The notes below the pieces were generated by a model. That model was not told where the DNA came from. It ran no database searches and saw only the letters and a program-made list of their open reading frames with translations. A stretch of 64,000 nt of DNA from positions 1,934,884 through 1,998,883 of the forward strand of contig JBFWNU010000001.1 of the NCBI GenBank assembly GCA_050250895.1. The letters run 5' to 3'. Below, in pieces: positions 27,772 through 35,563 of the stretch. This DNA comes from Vulcanimicrobiota bacterium (GTDB lineage Bacteria; Vulcanimicrobiota; Xenobia; Xenobiales; JADMJV01). The translations under genes were made by a program, and so were the position numbers. The first letter of the stretch is position 1, and every line of letters begins with the position of its first letter.

Positions 27772-28619
27772 GCCGCCCCCCAACAGTCGACCGAAAGCGC
27801 CTGGTCGGCGAGGTCGAAGAGTCGCTTCAGGGGGCAGCACCTGCCTAGCGAGCCAGTTTCCATCTCCTCCTGGACGCGAGCGAAGGCTTCTCTGATAGCT
27901 TGCTGGAGTTTGTGGGGTGGTAGGGGGAGGTCTAGGAAGTCTTGTTTTCGCTTTTGCACATACCGCGGGGCCCGGCTCATCTTGCTGGGGGCCAGACGGG
28001 TAAGCAGCTTCTGAAGCCAGGAATCGAAGAGAATCTTCCCACCTCCCCCCTCTTGGGGGGTAAGGGGGGTACTGTCTTTATGTCTTTCCTTGTCTTTAGA
28101 CCCCTCGGAAAGGCTTTTGCCAGAAGGCTCAGACGGGGGTGAAAGGGGGGCCTGGAGGGAACCCTTTGTGGGGGCCTGGAGGGTACCCTTTCTGTGCCCT
28201 CCGGTATCCCCTTTCTCATGCGAAAGGGTTCCCGGAGCTACCCCCTTTTCTTGGTCTGAAAGGGGTCCCTCCGGTATCCCCTTTTCATCGGGTCGGGCCG
28301 TACGACTCGAACCCTTGGGGGTGTTGGGTGGTGGTGGCCAGTTCAAGCTGAGTTCACTCTTGGCGCCGCGGTGGGTGCCTTGAGCGTGTCGGTGAAGTAG
28401 GCCGGCGCTTGTCAGGCTCCGAAGAGCTGTGCGAATCACCTTCTTGGTGTGGCCCGTCAATGTCATCAGCTCAGCGACAGTGATACGCACCCGCTCAACC
28501 CTCCATCCCCAGGTTTCGCGCTCGATGATGTCCAGAACGTCGCGCTCTGAGCCACGCAGGCCCTGTTTCGCAAGGTGCCGCGGCCAATCGTTCGGCCGTT
28601 GATACCAACCGTGACTCAT
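27768..28619 (-). CDS. Phage replication initiator (lambda O-like N-terminal wHTH)
   Basis: LRGSERDVLDIIERETWGW...ITVAELMTLTG..VIRTALRSLTSAGLL; internal iteron-like repeats; coupled to DnaB. Confidence 0.8.
   Translation of the reverse strand: MSHGWYQRPNDWPRHLAKQGLRGSERDVLDIIERETWGWRVERVRITVAELMTLTGHTKKVIRTALRSLTSAGLLHRHAQGTHRGAKSELSLNWPPPPNTPKGSSRTARPDEKGIPEGPLSDQEKGVAPGTLSHEKGDTGGHRKGTLQAPTKGSLQAPLSPPSEPSGKSLSEGSKDKERHKDSTPLTPQEGGGGKILFDSWLQKLLTRLAPSKMSRAPRYVQKRKQDFLDLPLPPHKLQQAIREAFARVQEEMETGSLGRCCPLKRLFDLADQALSVDCWGAA
28141..28316. repeat. Iteron-like repeats; putative replication origin
   Basis: About six imperfect units ending in CCCTT(T), several of form AAAGGG-Nx-CCCTTT; GGGGCCTGGAGGGWACCCTTT x2; CCCTCCGGTATCCCCTTT x2. 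Confidence 0.65.
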
Positions 28620-30010
28620 TGGAGGTCGCCTCCGAAGTCAAGACTGTCCCAGCTCTCGTCTGGGACGGATTCGCAAACCTGCCGGGGCACAAGAGCCGGC
28701 TCAAACCGGGTGAGTCGTCCCACCCATCGAAGCCGGATGTTGACGAGCTCGCCGTTTCGGCGCTTGCGCACGTAGAGCCACGCCTCTTCTGGGTCGGCGT
28801 TCTTGCTGAACATCACCGGCCGATGGAGCATCAAGACCAGGTCGGCATCCTGTTCCAGGTGGCCCGACTCGCGAAGGTCGCTCAGCTGAGGGGTCTTGTC
28901 TGGGCGCCTTGTCACGTCGCGGCTCAGCTGACACAGCACGATGACGGCCAGGCCGGTGCGCCGAGATAAGGCCTGCAGGACCCTGCTCGCCTCGCTGGTC
29001 TGCTCATAGTCGCGCCGGCCGAGGTGGCCCAGGTGGTCGATGACCACCGCCTTGGCGTCGGGGTGCCGAATCACGAATCGCTCGATTTGACCCAGCACCG
29101 TGGCCAGCTCCTGGCCCGCGGGGCCCAGCTGGTCGAGGATGTAGAGCGGGCACCGGTCGCGCAGGCGCTCTTCCAGCTCGAGCGCCACGCCCGCTGAAGG
29201 CACGACCTCGCGGAGCTGGGCGACGTAGCGGCCGGCCAGTTCAGCGCCGGGCATCTCGCCGGACACGTAGAGCGTTGGCCCATGTTGGCCCGCGATGTGC
29301 TTTGCAAGAGCGCCCGTCAAAGCCGACTTGCCCATCGAGGGGCGTCCGGCGATGATGGTCATCGCGCCCAGCGGCAGGCCGCCGTTCTCATCGAGCGCCG
29401 GGAGCCCGGTAGTCAGGCCCGTCTTTGTGTCGGCGTTCTCCTGCAGTTCTCGGGCAAGCTCGGCCATGGCGTCGGCAATATGAACCGGCTCATGCCGAAG
29501 ACCGCGCCCTGTGGCCCTGACCAGGTCGTCAGCGACCCTAATGGCCAGGGCCGTCGCGTCAGCGTCAGGCGACCGCAGTTCGCTCAGCAAGTGCCGGGCA
29601 GCGCGCTCTATCTCGCGCCGCTGGGCCTGCTTGACCACCAGGTCGACCAGGGCGAAGGCCGCCGAGTCGGTTGAGTCTACATCGGTGGCCAGTACGGCCT
29701 GAAGCGCCTCTGGGTCGAGGTGCTCGGCCAGCAGGTGAGGGTGAACCCGGTGGCCTCGCTTGACCAGCTCCCGCAGGCCGCGATAGCCGCGCCTGGCGGC
29801 CAGGTCCGCGAAGTCTGATTCTACGGCGACCCGCAGAAGGTAGGCGGTCCGGTTCTCCGACTCGAGGGCGCAACGGATGGCGCGCCGTTCGGTGAGGGCG
29901 GCCGGGGACGTTTGCGCGTTGTCTTTGGATGGCGTAGTATGGTGGTGACGCCGTTTGTCACCCTTGCCCCCCTGGTCGCCAGCCTTCGGGGCTCTTTCAT
30001 TTTCGGGCAT
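28616..30010 (-). CDS. DnaB-like replicative helicase
   Basis: IIAGRPSMGKS, VIDHL, LCQLSR, LSDLRESGHLEQDAD, KRRNG. Confidence 0.9.
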   Translation of the reverse strand: MPENERAPKAGDQGGKGDKRRHHHTTPSKDNAQTSPAALTERRAIRCALESENRTAYLLRVAVESDFADLAARRGYRGLRELVKRGHRVHPHLLAEHLDPEALQAVLATDVDSTDSAAFALVDLVVKQAQRREIERAARHLLSELRSPDADATALAIRVADDLVRATGRGLRHEPVHIADAMAELARELQENADTKTGLTTGLPALDENGGLPLGAMTIIAGRPSMGKSALTGALAKHIAGQHGPTLYVSGEMPGAELAGRYVAQLREVVPSAGVALELEERLRDRCPLYILDQLGPAGQELATVLGQIERFVIRHPDAKAVVIDHLGHLGRRDYEQTSEASRVLQALSRRTGLAVIVLCQLSRDVTRRPDKTPQLSDLRESGHLEQDADLVLMLHRPVMFSKNADPEEAWLYVRKRRNGELVNIRLRWVGRLTRFEPALVPRQVCESVPDESWDSLDFGGDLQ

Positions 30011-30102
30011 CTTTCGTCCTTATGGCGGTGGAATCTGTAACTCCATCGTGTGATACCTCCTCACTGTCTTGACAGAAATTCAATCCGTCGGTCAAAAAAA
30101 AA

Positions 30103-30285
30103 TCAATCGCCTTCGAGTAGCCGCCGCAACCGACACAAAGGCACCAGCAGGCGCCGTCCAACTCGGATTGTGGGGATGTCCCCCCGACGGGCTGCAGCAT
30201 AGCTAGACTGGCGGCCTAGACCAAGCATTCGGCCGGCCTTTGGCACAGAAATGGCCAGGGGCTTCTCTTCGGGCTTGGCATTCAC
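30103..30285 (-). CDS. Excisionase/AlpA-like HTH
   Basis: ISVPKAGRMLGLGRQSSYAAARRGDIPTIRVGRRLLVP; GTGA overlap with cro. Confidence 0.85.
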   Translation of the reverse strand: MNAKPEEKPLAISVPKAGRMLGLGRQSSYAAARRGDIPTIRVGRRLLVPLCRLRRLLEGD

Positions 30286-30509
30286 GCCGAGGCCGCTTCC
30301 TGCTCGGTGGCCACCACCAGGGTTTCTACGGGTATGCCGGTGACCTTCGAAAGTCGCATGAGCACTCCCACGCTCACACCGATCACGCCCCCCATCTGCT
30401 GGTAAAAGGTGTCTTTGGTCACCCCGATTTTGTTGGCAAGCCAAACAAAGGTTCGACCTTCTCGCGCCTTCCAGCGCCGAAGCTCGCTCTGGTTGAGGCG
30501 ATACTGCAT
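30282..30509 (-). CDS. Cro-like XRE HTH regulator
   Basis: LANKIGVTKDTFYQ..LMRLSKVTGIPVETL; AGGAGG upstream (start may be TTG 30515). Confidence 0.75.
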   Translation of the reverse strand: MQYRLNQSELRRWKAREGRTFVWLANKIGVTKDTFYQQMGGVIGVSVGVLMRLSKVTGIPVETLVVATEQEAASA

Positions 30510-30545
30510 GTCCAAAGCTTCAAGCCTCCTCTCTCTTGATTTAAA

Positions 30546-30631
30546 AAGTTTCAAACTTAGTTTACCATTGTCTGGAGGTTTGTCAATCTGATATGGTAAA
30601 CTTGTTTGTATCATAAGTTTGGAACTTAGTT
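30546..30631. promoter_or_regulatory. Divergent promoter/operator switch
   Basis: AAGTTT(CA/GG)AACTTAGTT at 30546 and 30615; inverted AGTTTACCAT/ATGGTAAACT; minus-strand TTGACA-16-TAAACT. Confidence 0.7.
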
Positions 30632-30635
30632 AGAT

Positions 30636-31229
30636 ATGAACTTCAAACAAAGTTTTGGGCGGCGTTTACGCTCTGCCCGCAATGAGCGCGGGCTTTCGCA
30701 ACGCGAATTAGCCGAGCTTCTGGGGGTGAGTGCGGCCGTGGTTTCGGATTGGGAGGTCGCCAAGTCGAGTCCTCAGCTCGAACGGCTGGAGCAAATAGCT
30801 TCTCACCTGCAGAAGTCACCGGCCTGGTTTTTTGTCGAGGAGGACGCCGGTTCAAGGGGTGTTGAGGTCGCGGCAAGCTCGCCAGAGATGGTCGACCTTT
30901 TGAACAGCGCAGCAGATTTCTGTGAACGCGAAGGTCAACGGGCGAAACTCCACGCCGAGGCTTTCGCCTGCTTTCAAAGATACTTCGAAGCCGTCGGTTC
31001 GATGACTCTTGCAAGCCTGTCGCAGGAGCAAAAGGAGGCTTTGAGTTTCACGACCACCCAGAGGCTATTCGACGCGGGTCAAATGGAACCGGAGGTGATG
31101 GAGTTCGCCGACGATGGCCCGGGAGTGGTGATTACTGGGAGTGACCTGCTAAACACTATTGAGGCGCACCTTGCGGGCTCATTGAGGGAGTTGCGTCGTC
31201 TTGACGCAGGCCGTGGGGGTCAAGCATGA
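30636..31229 (+). CDS. XRE-family repressor (Stl/ImmR-like, no S24 domain evident)
   Basis: FGRRLRSARNERGLSQRELAELLGVSAAVVSDWE HTH. Confidence 0.85.
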   Translation: MNFKQSFGRRLRSARNERGLSQRELAELLGVSAAVVSDWEVAKSSPQLERLEQIASHLQKSPAWFFVEEDAGSRGVEVAASSPEMVDLLNSAADFCEREGQRAKLHAEAFACFQRYFEAVGSMTLASLSQEQKEALSFTTTQRLFDAGQMEPEVMEFADDGPGVVITGSDLLNTIEAHLAGSLRELRRLDAGRGGQA

Positions 31230-32413
31230 GAGGGCACATCCAGAAGCGGGGCAACGGTTACCGGGTCGAGATTCACATCGGCTACGACGAGCAAGGCAAG
31301 CGGATTCGCCACCGCCAGACACTCTCGACCAAGAAGGCGGCCGAGAAGTACATGCGTGCCAAGCTCGACGAGCTGGAGACCGAAGGCGGCATCCGCGCGA
31401 AGAGCCTCGAGACACTGGAAGCCTATCTCAAGCGGTGGCTAGAGGTGTCGGCCGCGCCCCGCGTCAGGCAGCGCACGCTGGAGGACTACACCGAGAAGCT
31501 TCGTGGCTACGTCTTCGAAACGCCGCTCGGCCGCAAGCCGCTCGCCACGGTCACGCCGAGCGACATCCAGGAGCTTTACGCATCGGTGCAGGCCCGAGTA
31601 AAGGCGTCAGGCCGTGGCAACGGCGTGACCTCGGTGAAGCGCCTTCACGCGGTGCTGAGGAGCGCCATTAACCAGGCGGTGAAGTGGCGTCTGCTCACTC
31701 AGAACGTCTGCCTGTTTGTCGACCTACCGAAACAAAATCGGGCCGATGACCCGTATGGCCGCCAGCACAAAAAGGAGGTCCTTCAGACAGAGGATTTCCC
31801 GGCCTTCATCCAGGCCGCCCTACAGGAAGAGCGCCTCGGGGCAATGTGGGTTCTGGCGCTGCAGACCGGCCTGCGCCCTGGTGAGTATCTGGGTCTTCAG
31901 TGGGCCGACTTCGGACCGAACCTTCGCCAGTTCACCGTCAACCGCGCCCTGGTCCGGGTGCGCACCGAGGACGGACAGGGTTGGCGGTTCGAGGAGCCCA
32001 AGACCCGCCGGAGCCGGCGAACGGTGGTGCTCGACACCGAGGTCATCTTCTTGCTCAAGCAGCATCGAACCCAGCAGAACGAGGAGCGTTTGGCCGCGGG
32101 TTCGGCCTACGAGGACCACGACCTGGTGTTCTGCAACGAGATCGGCGGGCCGCTCCACCAGCACAACCTATCTCAGAGGGTTTTCCCTCGCATCATCGAG
32201 CGGGCCGGCCTGTCGGGCAAGCTCACGCCTTACAGTTTGCGCCACAGCACGGCGACCCACTTGCTCCGGGCTCGCGAGAACCTCAAGATCGTTTCCGAGC
32301 TGCTCGGCCATAGCTCCATCAGCCTAACGGCCGATGTATACTCCCACGTGGCCCCGGACATGCTGGAAGGGGCAGCCAGCAAAATGGGAAGCGCGATGTT
32401 CGGCATGCAGTGA
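31226..32413 (+). CDS. int: Tyrosine integrase with N-terminal arm-binding domain
   Basis: TGLRPGE, PKT, YSLRHS, LGHS, DVYSH; adjacent to tRNA att. Confidence 0.95.
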   Translation: MRGHIQKRGNGYRVEIHIGYDEQGKRIRHRQTLSTKKAAEKYMRAKLDELETEGGIRAKSLETLEAYLKRWLEVSAAPRVRQRTLEDYTEKLRGYVFETPLGRKPLATVTPSDIQELYASVQARVKASGRGNGVTSVKRLHAVLRSAINQAVKWRLLTQNVCLFVDLPKQNRADDPYGRQHKKEVLQTEDFPAFIQAALQEERLGAMWVLALQTGLRPGEYLGLQWADFGPNLRQFTVNRALVRVRTEDGQGWRFEEPKTRRSRRTVVLDTEVIFLLKQHRTQQNEERLAAGSAYEDHDLVFCNEIGGPLHQHNLSQRVFPRIIERAGLSGKLTPYSLRHSTATHLLRARENLKIVSELLGHSSISLTADVYSHVAPDMLEGAASKMGSAMFGMQ

Positions 32414-32595
32414 AGGCGAGTTCATGCGCGGAAATGGTCCATATGAAATCGTTCAAGGCCCGACTCAAACTAGCTCAGCCAATCTGCCTCCACTGTCAGC
32501 AACCCCATCTTGACCCCGAGTTCAAGCCGGTGTCGTCGAATCTCTGTGGGTACTGTGCGATTGCCGTCTGGGAGGGGCCTCCCGAGAAAGACTAG
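32410..32595 (+). CDS. Small CxxC/CxxC protein
   Basis: CLHC...CGYC; GTGA overlap with integrase. Confidence 0.4.
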   Translation: MKASSCAEMVHMKSFKARLKLAQPICLHCQQPHLDPEFKPVSSNLCGYCAIAVWEGPPEKD

Positions 32596-32637
32596 AGCTG
32601 GCCCTGGATTGAGGGGGCCGTGGCCGGGATAGCCAAT

Positions 32638-32660
32638 TTGGTCCCCAATAGGTCCCCAGG
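32638..32660. promoter_or_regulatory. Putative integrase arm-type sites (right)
   Basis: TTGGTCCCCAATAGGTCCCCAGG vs TTGGTCCCCAGCCGGTCCCCAGG at 14925. Confidence 0.75.
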
Positions 32661-32691
32661 CCGGCCATCCTGGCCATGGTCTCCCCTCGCC

Positions 32692-32730
32692 AAAAGAAGA
32701 GAGAACCGCACGACTGCGCGGTTCTCTCTT
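32692..32730 (-). terminator. Intrinsic terminator after tRNA operon (duplicated at 14736-14775)
   Basis: AAGAGAGAACCGC...GCGGTTCTCTCTT hairpin followed by U-run on minus strand. Confidence 0.8.
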
Positions 32731-32804
32731 GGTGGGTCGTGTAGGATTTGAACCTACGACCACCTGATTAAAAGTCAGATGCTCTACCCCTGAGCTAACG
32801 ACCC
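32730..32804 (-). tRNA. tRNA-Lys (UUU), integration target
   Basis: GGGTCGTTAGCTCAG...CTGA CT TTT AA TCAG...GGTTCAAATCC..ACCA. Confidence 0.95.
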
Positions 32805-32810
32805 AGAAAG

Positions 32811-32883
32811 CACGCCCGGAGGGACTCGAACCCCCAACCTACAGATCCGAAGTCTGTTGCTCTATCCATTGAGCTACGGACGC
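32811..32883 (-). tRNA. tRNA-Arg (UCG), CCA not encoded
   Basis: ACAGA CT TCG GA TCTGT; intact cloverleaf. Confidence 0.9.
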
Positions 32884-32924
32884 TCGACGGAACTAGGCTG
32901 GGGTGACCCATCCAGGTCCCAAGT

Positions 32925-33002
32925 TGGGGTGAGTGAGGGGACTTGAACCCCCGACCTCTGGTTCCACAGACCAGCGCTCTAACCGACTGAGCTACACTCA
33001 CC
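32925..33002 (-). tRNA. tRNA-His (GUG)
   Basis: CTGGT CT GTG GA ACCAG; G-1:C73. Confidence 0.95.
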
Positions 33003-33009
33003 ACGTCTT

Positions 33010-33085
33010 TGGCACGCCCAGGAGGACTCGAACCTCCGACCTACTGCTTAGAAGGCAGTTGCTCTATCCGCTGAGCTATGGGCGC
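33010..33085 (-). tRNA. tRNA-Arg (UCU)
   Basis: ACTGC CT TCT AA GCAGT; CCA end. Confidence 0.95.
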
Positions 33086-33116
33086 AGTTTATGTCTCGAG
33101 TTTACCCGAGGCCCGC

Positions 33117-33194
33117 TGGTCGGAGCGGCCGGATTCGAACCGGCGACCCCTTGCTCCCAAAGCAAGTGCGCTGACCAGACTGCGCCACGCTCCG
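33117..33194 (-). tRNA. tRNA-Pro (UGG)
   Basis: CTTGC TT TGG GA GCAAG; CCA end. Confidence 0.95.
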
Positions 33195-33214
33195 TCTAAG
33201 CTGCGGGCCCACAC

Positions 33215-33243
33215 AGTATACTAGCAGAGCAAGGGTTCGTCAA
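33215..33243 (-). promoter_or_regulatory. tRNA operon promoter
   Basis: TTGACG-17 bp-TATACT on minus strand. Confidence 0.75.
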
Positions 33244-33854
33244 TAACTGTTCGAGACCGATTGGGGAGCGATGCCGAGGGCCTCCATCAGGCCTAGAAAA
33301 GCCCGCGCCCGATGGCTGATCTTGTTCTTCTCCTCGGCCGCAAGTTCGGCCATGGTGCAACCTCGCCGGGGCAGCTCGAAGATCGGATCATAGCCAAAGC
33401 CGCCCTCGCCGCTGGGTTGCTGGGCGATGCGTCCTTCACACACCCCTTCCACCGACTCTTCGCGGCCGTCGGGATAGACCAACGCGGCGACGCACCGAAA
33501 GCGAGCCCCGCGTTGCTCGGCGGGAAGGTCGGCAAGCCGCTCGAGCACCTTGAGGATCTTCTGGGAGTGAGGAGTGTCGGCACCGGCGAAACGGGCTGAG
33601 TGCAGGCCGGGTTGGCCGCCCAGGGCGTCGACCTCGAGCCCCGAGTCGTCGGCCAGGCAGGCGGCCCCGGTATGGCGGGCATAAGCGCGCGCTTTGATGA
33701 GTGCGTTCTCGAGATAGGTCGCGCCGTTTTCGACAGGCTCGGGAGTAGGGTCGAAGTCGGCCAGGCTCTTGAGTTCGACGGGATACTCCTTGAGGATGGC
33801 CCGGATCTCTTCGATTTTATGGGGGTTGCCGGTGGCAACGACAAACGAATGCAT
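33240..33854 (-). CDS. rdgB: Non-canonical purine NTP pyrophosphatase (RdgB/HAM1)
   Basis: ATGNPHK, ADDSGL, GFGYDPIF, KISHR. Confidence 0.95.
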   Translation of the reverse strand: MHSFVVATGNPHKIEEIRAILKEYPVELKSLADFDPTPEPVENGATYLENALIKARAYARHTGAACLADDSGLEVDALGGQPGLHSARFAGADTPHSQKILKVLERLADLPAEQRGARFRCVAALVYPDGREESVEGVCEGRIAQQPSGEGGFGYDPIFELPRRGCTMAELAAEEKNKISHRARAFLGLMEALGIAPQSVSNSY

Positions 33855-34159
33855 CAAGACTTGTTTAAGTGGTTGATCTCGGTCCAACTCTCGTCGATCT
33901 GCCACTGCAAGGTCTTGACATCCTGGCACATCGCCAACAGTTCGGGGTCGGTCAGCTTGTTCTTGGCATACAGCTCGTAGACTTTGTGAGCCAGAGCCTG
34001 CATCTTGCGCTCTTTCTCTTCGCGCTTCTCTTGCACGTCCATCTTGAGTCGCTGGATGCGCAACATCTTCTCAGAGCTACGAATGGCCGCTTCTTTACTC
34101 TTTTGGACGCTTTTCGAGGCGCCCTTGAACGAGTCGCCCAGCATGTCAAATAGTCCCAT
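33854..34159 (-). CDS. Hypothetical coiled-coil protein
   Basis: 101 aa; coupled to rdgB. Confidence 0.7.
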   Translation of the reverse strand: MGLFDMLGDSFKGASKSVQKSKEAAIRSSEKMLRIQRLKMDVQEKREEKERKMQALAHKVYELYAKNKLTDPELLAMCQDVKTLQWQIDESWTEINHLNKS

Positions 34160-34173
34160 ATGGCGTGAATTCT

Positions 34174-35469
34174 TTACCGTGCCTGCTTAGTCCTTTGAAC
34201 CGCGGCGTTCCAGGCGTTAGCTGCTCGTTCGAGCACTTCGTCGAGGTCGGCCTCGGTATGGGCCCAGGAGACGCAAGCGGCATCCCAGGTCGACGGAGGA
34301 AGATAGATACCGGCCGCCAGCAGCGCGTGAAAGAACTGGCCGAAGAGCCGGGCGTCTAAGCGGCGGGCATCGCGATGGTCGCGAAGGCGCGAGGGGCCGA
34401 AGCCCACCGAGAACATCGAACCCACCCTCTGCACCACCATCCGCTGGTCGATTTCGGCCAGCCCCTGGCAGAGGCGCTCCCCCAGCCGGTCGAGGCGTTG
34501 GTAGAAGCCCGGCTTGAGATACTCGGTGAGAGCGGCGATGCCGGCCCGCATGGTGACGGGGTTGCCGCAGAAGGTGCCGGCCTGATAGACCGGCCCCAGG
34601 GGGGCCAACCGTTGCATCAGGTCGGGCCGGCCGCCGTAGGCTCCTACGGGCAGACCGCCGCCCAGGGCTTTGCCAAGACAGGTCAGATCAGGGCGTACGT
34701 CATAGAGTTGCTGGGCTCCGCCAGCGGCCACCCGAAAGCCCGTCAAGACCTCGTCGAAAATTAACAGGGCTCCGTGTTGATCGCAGAGTTGGCGCAGGCC
34801 GGGCAGAAAGTCGGGCTCGGGGGGGATGACGCCCATGCTGCCGGTGACCGGTTCGACAATGACGGCCGCAACGTCATGTTGGGTCAACAGAGCCTCGACC
34901 GAGGTCAGATCGTTGAAAATGGCCAGGAGGGTGTCGGCCACGAGGGAGGGCGACGAGCCCATGGCCAGCGACCCGCCCGCTTCTTCGGCCTCCAGCCCAA
35001 CGGCGTCAAGACACGCTACATGGCCGTGGTAGCAGCCCTCGAACTTGACGATCTTGGAGCGGCCGGTGGCCGCCCGGGCCACCCGCAGGGCGCTCATCAC
35101 CGCCTCGGCCCCCGAGTTGACAAAGCGCAGCATCTCCAGGCTGGGAACGGCCCGGCGCACCAACTCCGCCAGTTCGAGTTCCCAGGGGGTGGGAGCGCCG
35201 AAGATGGCCCCGTCGAGTAGCGCCTGCGAGGCGGCCTCGATCACCGCCGGGTGGGCGTGGCCCAGCACCAGGGGGCCCCAGGCCCCACAAAGGTCGATGT
35301 ACTCGCGGCCTTCGACATCCCAGACCCGGCTGCCCAACCCCCGCCGCAGCACTCGAGCCGTGCCCCCCACCAGATGAAAAGAGCGAAACGGGCTATTGAC
35401 CCCGCCCGGGATCAGCTCGCTCAATCGCGTGTAGGTCTTGTCAGAGCTAATGAAATCAGGGATACTCAT
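34174..35469 (-). CDS. hemL: Glutamate-1-semialdehyde 2,1-aminomutase
   Basis: IPGGVNSP, FEGCYHGH, FDEVLTGFR, LGKALGGGLPVG, YQAGTF. Confidence 0.92.
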   Translation of the reverse strand: MSIPDFISSDKTYTRLSELIPGGVNSPFRSFHLVGGTARVLRRGLGSRVWDVEGREYIDLCGAWGPLVLGHAHPAVIEAASQALLDGAIFGAPTPWELELAELVRRAVPSLEMLRFVNSGAEAVMSALRVARAATGRSKIVKFEGCYHGHVACLDAVGLEAEEAGGSLAMGSSPSLVADTLLAIFNDLTSVEALLTQHDVAAVIVEPVTGSMGVIPPEPDFLPGLRQLCDQHGALLIFDEVLTGFRVAAGGAQQLYDVRPDLTCLGKALGGGLPVGAYGGRPDLMQRLAPLGPVYQAGTFCGNPVTMRAGIAALTEYLKPGFYQRLDRLGERLCQGLAEIDQRMVVQRVGSMFSVGFGPSRLRDHRDARRLDARLFGQFFHALLAAGIYLPPSTWDAACVSWAHTEADLDEVLERAANAWNAAVQRTKQAR

Positions 35470-35563
35470 GGGTGGGCACCGTTCCACGAGCGGGACTACC
35501 CACCTGCAGGACCGGTTTTAGGGGCCGCGAACTTCTACCTTTCAAGGAGGTTATGCTTCCCGC

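Larger units (their letters stand above)
14737..32777. mobile_element. tRNA-Lys-integrated phage satellite (PICI-like core) carrying a tape-measure/chaperone cassette
   Basis: 86-bp direct repeats (1 mismatch) at both ends; integrase, repressor/cro, xis, DnaB, rep; no recognisable head or packaging genes. Confidence 0.9.

Noticed and set aside
29997-30200. 67-aa ORF between xis and dnaB
   Set aside because: Overlaps xis in another frame with no RBS or motif; unsupported
14737-32777. Complete prophage, tailocin or ICE
   Set aside because: No head, terminase, tube/sheath, baseplate, lysis, relaxase or T4SS genes recognisable
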